Positions 19,762 through 29,849 of a stretch of 57,105 bases of DNA are shown here, piece by piece (the first letter of the stretch is position 1; the number at the start of each line of letters is the position of its first letter). The notes under the pieces were generated by a model. That model worked only from the letters and a program-made list of their open reading frames with translations. It did no database searches and was not told the origin of the DNA. The DNA is from Candidatus Bathyarchaeia archaeon (GTDB taxonomy: Archaea; Thermoproteota; Bathyarchaeia; Bathyarchaeales; Bathycorpusculaceae): NCBI GenBank assembly GCA_050010515.1, contig JBEKKX010000016.1, positions 1 to 57,105 on the forward strand, in the 5' to 3' direction. The position numbers were made by a program, and so were the translations under genes.

Positions 19762-20159
19762 TGAGCACAAAAGACCCATTCACAATCGAGCAGTTCTACA
19801 AGTTCCTTCAGCAGCAGAAGCTTATGGCTGGAAAATGCCTCAAATGCGGAAAAATCCATTTGCCCCCAAGACCCTTATGCGACAACTGCTTCTCACAAGA
19901 GTTCGAATGGGTCAGCGTTTCTGGAAGGGGCAAACTGCTCACTTACACAGTCATCAACGTTGCGCCACAACAATTCCAAGCCCTAACGCCCTACGCCGTG
20001 GGCATTGTCCAACTGGAGAACGGCTTGAAAATTCCCGGCATGATTCAGGGCTTAACGCAGGAGCAGCTAAAGATAGGCATGGAATTAACATTAGACTTCG
20101 GTTCATGCAGCTCAACGCAGCAGTGTCCGCATTGGACAAGATACTGCTTCAAACCTTGA
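19761..20159 (+). CDS. Zn-ribbon/OB-fold (DUF35) thiolase partner protein
   Basis: KCLKCG..PPRPLCDNC..GKLLTYTVI..PYAVGIVQLENG. Confidence 0.9.
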   Translation: MSTKDPFTIEQFYKFLQQQKLMAGKCLKCGKIHLPPRPLCDNCFSQEFEWVSVSGRGKLLTYTVINVAPQQFQALTPYAVGIVQLENGLKIPGMIQGLTQEQLKIGMELTLDFGSCSSTQQCPHWTRYCFKP

Positions 20160-20226
20160 CACTTTAAGCGAAAATAACTAAGGGCTTATTCTGCTTGAAA
20201 GTTTAAAAAAAAGGTGAGTTTCCTAC

Positions 20227-20298
20227 TCAACGATTGGAAAATAAAACCCGTAATTCAGGAAGAGAGGGGGAAATACGTTCCAACCATTTCATAGGCAT
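20227..20298 (-). CDS. Candidate 23-aa small protein (MPMKWLERISPSLPELRVLFSNR)
   Basis: GGTGAGG immediately upstream, GAAAATTTATAT TATA-like box further upstream, poly-T downstream. Confidence 0.3.
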   Translation of the reverse strand: MPMKWLERISPSLPELRVLFSNR

Positions 20299-20449
20299 CC
20301 TCACCTATCAAGTTAATGCTTGCTTGTTTGATATAAATTTTCACCTAACCAACTTTTTTGCTTAATATTATCGAAGTTTTTTATTATGATGTGGAGAAAA
20401 GCTTATTGGCGATTGGATAAGTAGGCTTCACTTAGAAGCTGAATAAACG

Positions 20450-21070
20450 GTGAACGAAAAAACTAAGTTTTGCCTTGTTTCATGCAGCGTCTTAAGAGAG
20501 GAACTTGAGCAACTGGTCAAGCAGGGAAGCCTTGATGCAGAATTAGTTTTTGTCAGCAAATACTTCCATGTCGATTACGAAGCGGTGGAGAAAAACCTGC
20601 GTAAGGTCCTAGAAACAACTCTGAAGCGTTTTAATGGCAAAGTAGTGCTCGTTTATGGCGACCTCTGTCTTGGCCAAAACAACGAGATGAAAAAGCTTGC
20701 AGAAGAATACGGAATCGTTAAAGTCGACGCGGTAAACTGCATCGATTGTCAACTTGGCGGAAAAGGCGTATTTCTTGAAGCAGACCCGAATCATAACCTC
20801 ATGTTTATGGGTCCAGGAATGATACAGTTCTTCAAGCATATGAAAGAAAAAATGCTAAAAGAAGGGGTTGATGAGGCAGCCTTTGCGAACATGTTCAGCG
20901 GCATCAAAGGCATCGTGCTACTGGATACTTGTGGAAACGCAGAAAAATACAAAGAAGAGTTGGAAAAGTTAGACATTGGGCTTCCGATTCTGGAAACAAG
21001 AGAAATAGGTCTTGAAAACGTAAAACGAGTGATTTTTGATGCAATTGAACATGCAACTAGAGTCACCTGA
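20450..21070 (+). CDS. DUF1638-domain protein
   Basis: SCSVLREE, YFHVD, LVYGDLC, VDAVNCIDCQLGG. Confidence 0.75.
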   Translation: MNEKTKFCLVSCSVLREELEQLVKQGSLDAELVFVSKYFHVDYEAVEKNLRKVLETTLKRFNGKVVLVYGDLCLGQNNEMKKLAEEYGIVKVDAVNCIDCQLGGKGVFLEADPNHNLMFMGPGMIQFFKHMKEKMLKEGVDEAAFANMFSGIKGIVLLDTCGNAEKYKEELEKLDIGLPILETREIGLENVKRVIFDAIEHATRVT

Positions 21071-21184
21071 CTCTTTAAACGCTCGAAAGTTAAGTAATTG
21101 ATTGCTTGAACATCTTGGATTAACCGCAAATATTAAAGAAACATCCGCATAATAATGCAGACTATTACGTGTGGATGTGGTTTG

Positions 21185-24100
21185 ATGACGCAAACGGTTA
21201 CTTCTCAACCTATGAAGAGAGTTGAAGATTGGAAATCTCGATTAATCGACCTCTCAAAAAGAAACAACCTCCTATATTTCCATAAGGCAAAGCGTGGAAG
21301 CCTGCCTATTTCTCAACCTGACATGCAAGCAATTTTCAATGCTCTCGTGTTAAAGAAGCGTCGTTTAGAATTCTGGTTGCCTCCGGAAGAAACAATAAAG
21401 CCTGAAAGGTCAGAGAAGGCAAAAGGCAAAGTTAAAGCTAAAATAGCAAAAGCCAACGCAAAAGCCGATGTTAAAGAAATCGTTCCAGAAGAAACAAAGC
21501 AGCGCCCCACCGCAAATCAACTGGTCAGCGGAAGCTTAACTCGTGCTGATCTTGAAAGAAACCTCAAAAGATTGCAATGGCGCTCACTTCTGGATTACCG
21601 AGAACGCGGCGTTCGCATTCTGCATGCGGCTTTTGGCACCTTAAACTGGGTAGACTTGGAAACAAAAGAAAAAGTTCAGTCGCCCCTGATTCTTGTACCT
21701 TTAGAGTTAACACGGGATTCAATACGAAAACCCTACGCGATTGCAGTGCCGCCAGTTGAGGAAGAGGCTGTTTTAAACCCTGCATTGCAGGTTAAACTGA
21801 AAAACGACTACAAAATTGAATTGCCGCCTTTGCCAGAGGAATGGGAAAACCAAACCCTATCAGACTATTTCAACTTGGTCAATCAAGCTGTTGCTGAAAT
21901 GGGCTGGAAAGCAGAGCCATCAGTTGACCTGGGGCTTTTTTCATTCCAAAAACTAGTTATCTACAAAGACCTTGAAGCGAACGCTGATTTAGTTACACAG
22001 CACCCGATAATTCGGGCAATCGCGGGCATAAAAGAAGGCAACCTAATTTTAGACGGCTTGCCAGACGAGAAAGACGTCGACAAAATCGAGCTTCCAGAGA
22101 ATACCTATCAGGTCCTCGACGCAGACAGCAGCCAACGAGTCTCCATCGAATACGCCCTGCGTGGACAAAGCTTCGTCATGAAAGGTCCACCAGGCACAGG
22201 GAAAAGCCAAACTATCGCAAACATAATCGCAGAATGCATCGCTAAAGGAAAATCCGTGCTCTTCGTAAGCGACAAAATGGCAGCCCTCGAAGTGGTTTAT
22301 AAGCGGTTAAGCGAAGTTGGTTTAGCGCATTTCTGCCTTGAACTTCACAGCAGCAAAGCCAACAAGCAGCAAGTCGTAGCTGAACTCAAACGCAGCCTCG
22401 ACGAGAACCTTGTTCCACGTAAACTGCCGTCGGCTCATGAGTTCGAGCGGATGACTGAGTACCGTGAAGCATTAAATGGTTATGTTACCGCGTTGCATGA
22501 GAAACGCCCGTACTTGCAGAGAAGCGCTTACGAAGTTTTAAGTTTGATTTCAAGCCTTGAGCGGGTTCCGTTTGTTCCTGTTGGCTTAACTGAACTGGGA
22601 ACGTTGACTCCTCAGAAAATGCATGAACTTGAAGGGCTTGTTTCTCAACTAAGCAAGGTGTGGCAAGTTATAGAGGAACCAGACTTCCCATGGCTAGGAT
22701 ACCGCGCTAACACCTATAATCTTGAAATTCGCTCTGAAGTGTTAACAGCGCTTGAAAACATTAACGAAGCATTACACGACCTACAGCTAGAAACCGAAGA
22801 TTTTTCCGCCAAACTTGGAGTGTTTCTGCCTGAAACGTTTGCGCGGATAAAGTGGCTCCTTGAAGTAAGCAAGTTCCTTTATGAAAGCCCCAAGCCAGAA
22901 GCATACTGGCTGACCAACCCAGACATTGACAAACTATTAAGCGAAGCTAAAACTTACAATGACACTTGCGTCTGGATTAAGAACACGCGCGCCAGCCTCA
23001 TGGAGCGCTATAACCCGTCCTTGTTCACCTTAGTCCTTAACAGGTCAGCAGAGATGAAACAGGCTCTTGAAGCGCTAGGCAAGATGCTTCCAGCGGTAGG
23101 GTTGGAAGAAGGCGAATTTTTACAGAAACGAGAGAAACTCTTAGCCTTCGTAAAGAACACTCAGTTAGCCTCAAGGAAGTGGCGTGAAAACTCTCAAGCG
23201 CTCGCCCCACTGCTGGGGTTAGATAGCGATGGCTTGACGATTAAGCAACTAAAAGAATTATCCAGAATGGCATTGTTATGCTTCGCAGAGGACAAGCCTG
23301 AGCCGCAATGGTTTGATTCAGCATATTTTGAGCAAGTTCAAGAAATTGTGTCAAAAGCAAAACGGCTCTACCAAGACCACAACTTGCTAAAAAGCAGGTT
23401 AGACGAAACTTACAGCGACGGAATCTACGCCTTAGACCTTGACGAGCTCATAAGAAGATACAGTGGACCATACCAGAGCTCGCTAAAAATGTTCAATTCA
23501 ACTTATCGCAGTGACCAAAAACAAATTGCCAGATTAACTAACGACGGCAAAGTTCCAAAAAATGTACTAAATGACCTAATTGACGCGCGAAAAGTCAAAA
23601 AGCTACATGCCCAGATTGAGGAGTCAGCTGAAACAGTCCACAGCCTACTTGGGCACTTCTACCGCAAATCCAGAACAGACTTCCAAGGCGCAGAAAAAGC
23701 CATAGAACTAACAGCCGAAATCCGCAAGCTTTCATGGGCAACACAAATCCCAGAAACTCTCCTCAAACTAATCACTAACACATCCAGTCCATCACCCATG
23801 ATTAAGAATTTAGGCTTAGAACTTCAGGAGTCAGTTGATAGGTGGGAGCAGCTTGAAAAAGACTTAGAATCACTCATACCAGCAAGCATGCCTAAATCCG
23901 CTACCGCTATCACTCAAACGCCTCTGCCGCTGCTTGAGGAATGGGCGACCGAAACAGAAAAACAACTAAATCCACTGTGCGCACTGACAAAAGAGACACT
24001 AACAACATGCAAGCAAGAACCTCAAAGCTATAAGCAGCTTGTGGAAGACCTCAAAAACGCTGAAGACATAAGAAAGAAAGAAGCCGCCATAATAGGCGAA

Positions 24101-26848
24101 AAAGCCCAACTTCAAGCAAAATTCGGCTCACGCTTCAATGATCTGGAAACAAACTGGCAAGACATCCTAACTGTTCTCGAATGGACAAAAAAAGTCCAAG
24201 CTACATTCGCTGATATTCCAGTTCCCCAAGCCTTCGCAATTATTGCTGCCCAAGGACCAACTGTTGCACCATCAAGCACAGAACTAAACCAAAAATACGA
24301 CGTTTCATTAAAGGTTCTGTCTGATTTTGAAGCTCGCTTTGAAGCAGAAATGAAGTATCAAAACCAGAAGCTGAAGGAATTAGAAATCAAAGTAATCGGC
24401 GAAAGAATCAAAGCGCTTCGAGACCGCGTTGATGACCTGCAGGTTTGGATTGACTTCAAAGACATCAAAAACCGCTTTGCATTAAGAGGCTTAGACCAGT
24501 TCTTCAACCGTTTGGCAGAACAGCGGGTTCCAGCAGCCGACCTGGTTGATGTTTTCCGCAGAGGCGTCTACCAAGAATGGATAAACAATCTCTACAACGA
24601 AGACCAGAAGTTGGGCAGGTTCAGAAGGGAGAACCATGAGCAGTTAGTCGCTGACTTCATAAAACTAGACCAAGACCTCATTAAGCTAACATCCAGCATG
24701 GTTATTGAACAGGCAAACAGCCGAAAACCACAAGACATACTGGTTCAAGCAGCCGACTCCGAAGCTAACATTCTTCTCAAGGAAGCCGCAAAGAAGAGGC
24801 AGCTAATGCCCATTCGCACGTTACTGCAAAAGATTCCTAACCTGCTTGTTAAACTAAAGCCTTGCTTGCTGATGAGTCCCATAACGGTCAGTCAGTTCCT
24901 GCCTCCTGAAAGCAACAAGTTTGATTTAGTCTTGTTTGATGAGGCATCGCAGATTGTCCCTGAAGACGCCATCGGCGCAATTTACCGTGGAAAAACACTG
25001 GTTGTTGCAGGCGATAACAAACAGTTGCCGCCCACATCTTTCTTCCAGAAAAACCTAATTGACGACGTTGACTGGGACGAGTTAAGCGACGAGGACGTGG
25101 AAGTCTTCGACAGCATACTAGACGAGTGCTTAGGCATCGGGTTACCCGTTAAAACTTTGAAGTGGCATTACCGCAGCAGGCATGAAGACTTAATTGCGTT
25201 CTCAAACCACCGCTTCTACGACGACAACCTGATAACTTTCCCAGCTGCCAAAGCCCAAACCGACAGCTTAGGCGTAAAACTAGTCTACGTTCCTGACGGC
25301 ATCTATGACCGCGGCGGCCAAAGAAACAACCCCAAAGAAGCAGAAAAAGTAGCAGACCTCGTTTTCGAACACTTCCGCCTATACCCAAAGAAAACCTTAG
25401 GCGTTGTAACATTCAGCATAGCACAGATGGAAGCCGTTGAAGAAGCCATAGACCGCCGACTCAAAGAGCAACCGGACTTCGAGCAGTTCTTTAAAGAAGA
25501 CCGACTGGAAGGCTTTTTCGTCAAGAACTTAGAGAACGTGCAAGGCGACGAACGGGACGTTGTATTCTTCAGCGTCGGCTACGGTTACGACCAGCAGAAA
25601 CAAATGACAATGAACTTTGGTCCATTAAACAAACCAGGCGGCGAAAGACGCTTAAACGTTGCAGTCACCCGTGCCCGCGAAAAAGTGGTACTAATCACCT
25701 CGATTAAAGCTACTGATATTGACGCTGAAACTAAAGCAGTCGGCGTGCAAACCCTACGCTACTACCTTGACTATGCAGAGCATGGGCCTGAAACGTTGGA
25801 GTCAGTTAAGTCTAGAGAAGGTGAGTTCGAGTCAGCCTTAGACGAAGATGTGGCAGCGGAAATAAAAAAGATGGGCTATGAAATAGTTCCACAAGTCGGC
25901 TGTAGCGGTTACAGAATAGACATTGGCGTGGTCGACCCAGTTAACCCTGGAAGCTTCCTGCTAGGCGTAGAATGCGACGGCGCCACATACAAATCCAGCA
26001 GTAGCGCACGAGACAGAGACCGCCTCCGCGACCAAGTGCTAAGACAGTTAGGCTGGCGTATTCACCGTGTTTGGTCTCCAGCGTGGGTTGCTAGACGCGA
26101 CTCTGAAATCCGACGGTTAAGAGAAGCTCTTGAGCAAGCTCACAAGTTGCAGCTTGAAAAAGATGTTCAAAAACCAGTTATTGACGTAAAAGAGAGTATG
26201 GCTCCAAAGACTGACGTTCAAAAAATTCAGTTTGCAGGTATCGAAAAAATCGGTGTACCGTACAAAATTTACCCGCTTAAGGCAACATTTAATCCTTACA
26301 TTAAAGTTGCCACAGCTGACTCCACGTATGATTCGCGGCAGAAAAACGAGTTTCACTTTCCAGAAAACAGAGAAATGCAAACAAAGCTTCTCGCCGAACT
26401 AGTGGAGAAGGAGGGTCCGGTTCACTTTGACTATGCTGTTGAACGTTTAGCAGCCGCGTGGGGCGTCAAACAGGTAACACCGCAGATAAAGCATGCTGTA
26501 AAAGAAGCACTTAGCAACTTGCTAAGAGAACAAAAAGTAGTGATCAAAGGTAGTTTCCTCTGGCCGCCTGAACTCAAAGAAACACCAATCCGCGTTCCAG
26601 TGCAAGGTGTTCCTGAATCCAAACGGAAACCCGAGTATATTGCGCCTGAAGAAGTTGAATCCGCTATGAAGCTGGTTGCTCAATACGCTTTAGGCATAAG
26701 TGAAGATTCATTGATTGCTGAAACTGCAAAAGTGTTTGGGATTAACTATTCAGGCGAAGGAGCTAAAGAAGTGTTCTCTGAAATACTGAAGCGGCTGGTA
26801 AGAGACAGAAAACTCGTCTGCAAAGACGACGTCGTTACCGCTGCTTAA
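21185..26848 (+). CDS. DUF4011 / split SF1 helicase / Vsr-like PD-(D/E)xK nuclease / DUF3320-like multidomain protein
   Basis: WKSRLIDLSKRNNLL; DADSSQ, GPPGTGKSQTI, DEASQ, GDNKQLPP, WHYRS, ENVQGDERD, RRLNVAVTRAR; RIDIGV..GVECDG..RDRDRLR; C-terminal EGPVHFD wHTH. Confidence 0.9.
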   Translation: MTQTVTSQPMKRVEDWKSRLIDLSKRNNLLYFHKAKRGSLPISQPDMQAIFNALVLKKRRLEFWLPPEETIKPERSEKAKGKVKAKIAKANAKADVKEIVPEETKQRPTANQLVSGSLTRADLERNLKRLQWRSLLDYRERGVRILHAAFGTLNWVDLETKEKVQSPLILVPLELTRDSIRKPYAIAVPPVEEEAVLNPALQVKLKNDYKIELPPLPEEWENQTLSDYFNLVNQAVAEMGWKAEPSVDLGLFSFQKLVIYKDLEANADLVTQHPIIRAIAGIKEGNLILDGLPDEKDVDKIELPENTYQVLDADSSQRVSIEYALRGQSFVMKGPPGTGKSQTIANIIAECIAKGKSVLFVSDKMAALEVVYKRLSEVGLAHFCLELHSSKANKQQVVAELKRSLDENLVPRKLPSAHEFERMTEYREALNGYVTALHEKRPYLQRSAYEVLSLISSLERVPFVPVGLTELGTLTPQKMHELEGLVSQLSKVWQVIEEPDFPWLGYRANTYNLEIRSEVLTALENINEALHDLQLETEDFSAKLGVFLPETFARIKWLLEVSKFLYESPKPEAYWLTNPDIDKLLSEAKTYNDTCVWIKNTRASLMERYNPSLFTLVLNRSAEMKQALEALGKMLPAVGLEEGEFLQKREKLLAFVKNTQLASRKWRENSQALAPLLGLDSDGLTIKQLKELSRMALLCFAEDKPEPQWFDSAYFEQVQEIVSKAKRLYQDHNLLKSRLDETYSDGIYALDLDELIRRYSGPYQSSLKMFNSTYRSDQKQIARLTNDGKVPKNVLNDLIDARKVKKLHAQIEESAETVHSLLGHFYRKSRTDFQGAEKAIELTAEIRKLSWATQIPETLLKLITNTSSPSPMIKNLGLELQESVDRWEQLEKDLESLIPASMPKSATAITQTPLPLLEEWATETEKQLNPLCALTKETLTTCKQEPQSYKQLVEDLKNAEDIRKKEAAIIGEKAQLQAKFGSRFNDLETNWQDILTVLEWTKKVQATFADIPVPQAFAIIAAQGPTVAPSSTELNQKYDVSLKVLSDFEARFEAEMKYQNQKLKELEIKVIGERIKALRDRVDDLQVWIDFKDIKNRFALRGLDQFFNRLAEQRVPAADLVDVFRRGVYQEWINNLYNEDQKLGRFRRENHEQLVADFIKLDQDLIKLTSSMVIEQANSRKPQDILVQAADSEANILLKEAAKKRQLMPIRTLLQKIPNLLVKLKPCLLMSPITVSQFLPPESNKFDLVLFDEASQIVPEDAIGAIYRGKTLVVAGDNKQLPPTSFFQKNLIDDVDWDELSDEDVEVFDSILDECLGIGLPVKTLKWHYRSRHEDLIAFSNHRFYDDNLITFPAAKAQTDSLGVKLVYVPDGIYDRGGQRNNPKEAEKVADLVFEHFRLYPKKTLGVVTFSIAQMEAVEEAIDRRLKEQPDFEQFFKEDRLEGFFVKNLENVQGDERDVVFFSVGYGYDQQKQMTMNFGPLNKPGGERRLNVAVTRAREKVVLITSIKATDIDAETKAVGVQTLRYYLDYAEHGPETLESVKSREGEFESALDEDVAAEIKKMGYEIVPQVGCSGYRIDIGVVDPVNPGSFLLGVECDGATYKSSSSARDRDRLRDQVLRQLGWRIHRVWSPAWVARRDSEIRRLREALEQAHKLQLEKDVQKPVIDVKESMAPKTDVQKIQFAGIEKIGVPYKIYPLKATFNPYIKVATADSTYDSRQKNEFHFPENREMQTKLLAELVEKEGPVHFDYAVERLAAAWGVKQVTPQIKHAVKEALSNLLREQKVVIKGSFLWPPELKETPIRVPVQGVPESKRKPEYIAPEEVESAMKLVAQYALGISEDSLIAETAKVFGINYSGEGAKEVFSEILKRLVRDRKLVCKDDVVTAA

Positions 26849-27528
26849 CTTTCATTTATTTTCTTTATTAGAATTGGCAGGTCACTTAATGAAGTTATAA
26901 TGAAGTTTGCACCAGTATTCATCAACTGCTCCATTGTGGACATGCCAGTTGGCAAACCTACCGCTATGGCTTTCAGTTCCTTGGCACTTTGCATGTCCAC
27001 GACGCTGTCTCCAACTATTACAGCGGTTTGCAGGCTTGCATCTAACGCTTTAAGTGCAACTTCAAACTGTTCCGTATGCGGTTTAACGTACTTCACCCTG
27101 TTTCTGGCAACTACAATTTGGAAGTACTCTTCTATCTTGAAGCGTTTAAGAATGTAATTTGCAGCTTTCTCACTGCTGGTTGTGCATAAACCAATTTTCA
27201 GGTTCATCCGCTTTAGTTCCTTGAGCGTTTCATTGGCTCCAGGCAGCAAACTTGTGGTAGAGGCGGCTTCCATCTCGTACTTCTCAGCGATAGTCAAGGC
27301 TTGACTGCGAACTTCCTCAAATGCTTCAGCTGGTTTACCGCTGTTTTTAACGAAAATCTCGGCTTTTTTTAGCATTTCAAAAATGCTTTCGTTAACGTTT
27401 AGAACTGATGCGGGAACCCCTATTCTCATTAGGTAACTTCTGACTTCAGCGCGAAGAGTTTTGTAGTCCAAGTTGAAATGGGCAAGTGTTCCGTCTAAAT
27501 CAAAGATTACTGCTTCAACGATCACCAT
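26845..27528 (-). CDS. HAD-family hydrolase (phosphoglycolate phosphatase-like)
   Basis: FDLDGTL, CTTS, KP, VGDSVVD. Confidence 0.9.
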   Translation of the reverse strand: MVIVEAVIFDLDGTLAHFNLDYKTLRAEVRSYLMRIGVPASVLNVNESIFEMLKKAEIFVKNSGKPAEAFEEVRSQALTIAEKYEMEAASTTSLLPGANETLKELKRMNLKIGLCTTSSEKAANYILKRFKIEEYFQIVVARNRVKYVKPHTEQFEVALKALDASLQTAVIVGDSVVDMQSAKELKAIAVGLPTGMSTMEQLMNTGANFIITSLSDLPILIKKINES

Positions 27529-27615
27529 TATTAGCTCCGTTATCTATAGCGAAACTGGGTTAACACTAACTCTTATAGAAATATACTTTGCGGTTAAGAT
27601 GCGCTTTGGAGGCAT

Positions 27616-28587
27616 TCATTGAGTTACGATAACTTTCAAAGGCTTCTCCGCTGGATTATCAACCGTTTGCAATGCTTTTTCAAAGTCATCAAGCTTAAAC
27701 CTATGCGTAATAAGCCCTTTCACATCCACCAATTTTCTAGCAATTAACTCAACAGCAGACGGATATTCCACGGGCGAGATGTAAATTGTGAAAAACAACG
27801 CTTCATCAGCATCCTCCAAATTCAAGTAACCTTTAGATTCACCCACTAAAGCGACTTTGCCCGCTTTCCTTACTAAATAGGGTGTCTGCTCCACTGTATG
27901 TTTATTTCCAGCAGCTTCAATCACCAAGTCAGAGCCTATTTTAGTCAGCTTTCTTACGGTTTTGATTACGTCTTCATGTTTAGCGTTTATAACTGCGTCG
28001 GCACCGTATTTCTCGCTGAGTTCAAGCCTGTAATCCTCTAAGTCTACTGCGATAACTCGGCATCCCTTCAACTGCGCCACTTGAGTCATAAGTAAGCCAA
28101 TGGCTCCTTGCCCAATTACGGTTACCCAATCGCCAAGATTAGGCTTCATGTAATCTAGCACGCGAAGCGCCAAAGCAACAGGCTCCACAACTGCTGCTTC
28201 CTCGTCACTAACGTTTGAAGGTATAGGAATTAAGCTTCTAGGCAGCATAGCTTTGGATTCTACGAAGAACCCGTCCCTTGTTAAACCGTAAAACTTGCCT
28301 CGGACACAGTAGGTTGGCAATCCCCGCAGGCAATAGTAGCAGTGACCGCAATTCACCATGGGCACCATAACAACCCGTTCACCCGTGTCAACACGGACTC
28401 CCCAAGCGTCATGCCCCAGTATTCTGCCTTTTTTCATCCATTGCCACTCGCCCCTGTACAAGTGCATGTCAGTGCCGCAGATACTTCCAACCTTAAATTT
28501 CACAAGCACTTTTCTACCTGTGACCTGTGGTTCTGGAACTTCTTCAATTTTGATGTTGTGAGGTCCACGATAAACAGCGGCTTTCAA
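27616..28587 (-). CDS. Zinc-binding (MDR) dehydrogenase
   Basis: ICGTDMH, GHD, CGHCYYC..C, GQGAIG. Confidence 0.9.
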   Translation of the reverse strand: MKAAVYRGPHNIKIEEVPEPQVTGRKVLVKFKVGSICGTDMHLYRGEWQWMKKGRILGHDAWGVRVDTGERVVMVPMVNCGHCYYCLRGLPTYCVRGKFYGLTRDGFFVESKAMLPRSLIPIPSNVSDEEAAVVEPVALALRVLDYMKPNLGDWVTVIGQGAIGLLMTQVAQLKGCRVIAVDLEDYRLELSEKYGADAVINAKHEDVIKTVRKLTKIGSDLVIEAAGNKHTVEQTPYLVRKAGKVALVGESKGYLNLEDADEALFFTIYISPVEYPSAVELIARKLVDVKGLITHRFKLDDFEKALQTVDNPAEKPLKVIVTQ

Positions 28588-28747
28588 AAATTAGTCAACC
28601 TCTAATGAATTCAAGCTGTGACAGCGAGGTATTAAGTTTATTGTGTGTTGTGAGGATTCTACTTTTTCCCAGTACGAAGGATATTTGTTAAGTCTTGACG
28701 ATGCCCAGAGTAAATGAAGTATCTGTGGAGAACGATTAGCTTTAGTT

Positions 28748-29020
28748 CTAGCATTCTTCAGTGAACTTTGAAGCTTCGAGAATTACTAGCCCAACAACCT
28801 TTCCATGTTCGTCTAAAGATGCCGTTACGAGCCCTTTATCGTCAAGGGTATCGTTATTGACTATTTTCGCGTGCCTAAATTTAACATAAAGAACGTCTGC
28901 TTCACCATCATAGTCAACAGAAACCAATGTCTTTGGGAATTTTAGCTTTTTAGAACATGACAATGCGTTTCCCACTGTTTTGAATGGATCTATGGCCATC
29001 CTTACTTTAATTTCTGCCAT
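28748..29020 (-). CDS. DUF2283-domain protein (putative antitoxin)
   Basis: YDGEADVLYVKF...LDEHGKVVGLVILEAS. Confidence 0.75.
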   Translation of the reverse strand: MAEIKVRMAIDPFKTVGNALSCSKKLKFPKTLVSVDYDGEADVLYVKFRHAKIVNNDTLDDKGLVTASLDEHGKVVGLVILEASKFTEEC

Positions 29021-29370
29021 AGCATAAACCTCTTCGTTAACCTCTTGTCAGAAATTACAAAAGCCGTTAATATAAATCCATTGGACTGAGAGAGTTCTTT
29101 ATAGTGGACGGTGAGATTCTTTGCTAAACCAAAATCCCCAAGGCGATCAAAAACTTTAACAGATGCAAAATTCGATTCCATGCCTGATGGCGAGAGATAA
29201 ACTTTGTCAGGGTCGGCAATTGTCAACAGTACTTCAAGCTGGAAATTTATAAGTTCTCTATGATATTCAACTATGTGAAGCCATCTTTCCTCAGTTAGCC
29301 TTACGTCCGCGTTATTTATGGATTTAACTATGGCGACAACGTTAGGTTCAGGATACCACTCTATATTCAA
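29002..29370 (-). CDS. Putative RNase-type toxin paired with DUF2283
   Basis: VRLTEERWLHI..H..TIADPD..GFILTAF pattern; overlaps the DUF2283 gene by 19 nt. Confidence 0.55.
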   Translation of the reverse strand: MNIEWYPEPNVVAIVKSINNADVRLTEERWLHIVEYHRELINFQLEVLLTIADPDKVYLSPSGMESNFASVKVFDRLGDFGLAKNLTVHYKELSQSNGFILTAFVISDKRLTKRFMLWQKLK

Positions 29371-29618
29371 GTTTTGAATGCACTTTCCTATTTTTATTTC
29401 CGCAAAGAATGCCTTTGATTATGGTTTGAGTTGGTCATTAGTTTTTCTATAGAGATAAGAATGCCACAACAGTCGAGATTTTTTACGTGCAAAACTTTTT
29501 CTTTAAAATGTAACACTGGCGTTATTAAAAACAAGAAATGGCAACATCGTAGTAATCTAATGTTGATGTGTGCGTTTTGCGTTAGGTTAATAACCCTAAT
29601 AGCGTATGCATGGTTTGA

Positions 29619-29849
29619 GTGCCTATGAATTTGGAAGAGTACACGAAAGAGAAGCTTTGGCAGTTGCTTGTTGAAGCAGTTCACGCTTCCGTTATGTACC
29701 CGACTCATAAGGCTTACACTCGCGATAGCATTTTGCCGCAAAAAGCTGACGTTACTGCAAATGAGCTTGCTGAAAGGCTCGGCATGCCACTTGGGGAAGC
29801 GCTGGTGATTCTCAGCGAACTGACAGAAGAAAGAAAATGCCCAACGTAG
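29619..29849 (+). CDS. Small hypothetical protein, possible HTH
   Basis: VTANELAERLGMPLGEALVIL. Confidence 0.65.
   Translation: MPMNLEEYTKEKLWQLLVEAVHASVMYPTHKAYTRDSILPQKADVTANELAERLGMPLGEALVILSELTEERKCPT

Noticed and set aside
29394-29741. 115-aa minus-strand ORF and 29431-29628
   Set aside because: No recognisable motifs; the 115-aa ORF overlaps the better-supported 29619-29849 gene on the opposite strand.
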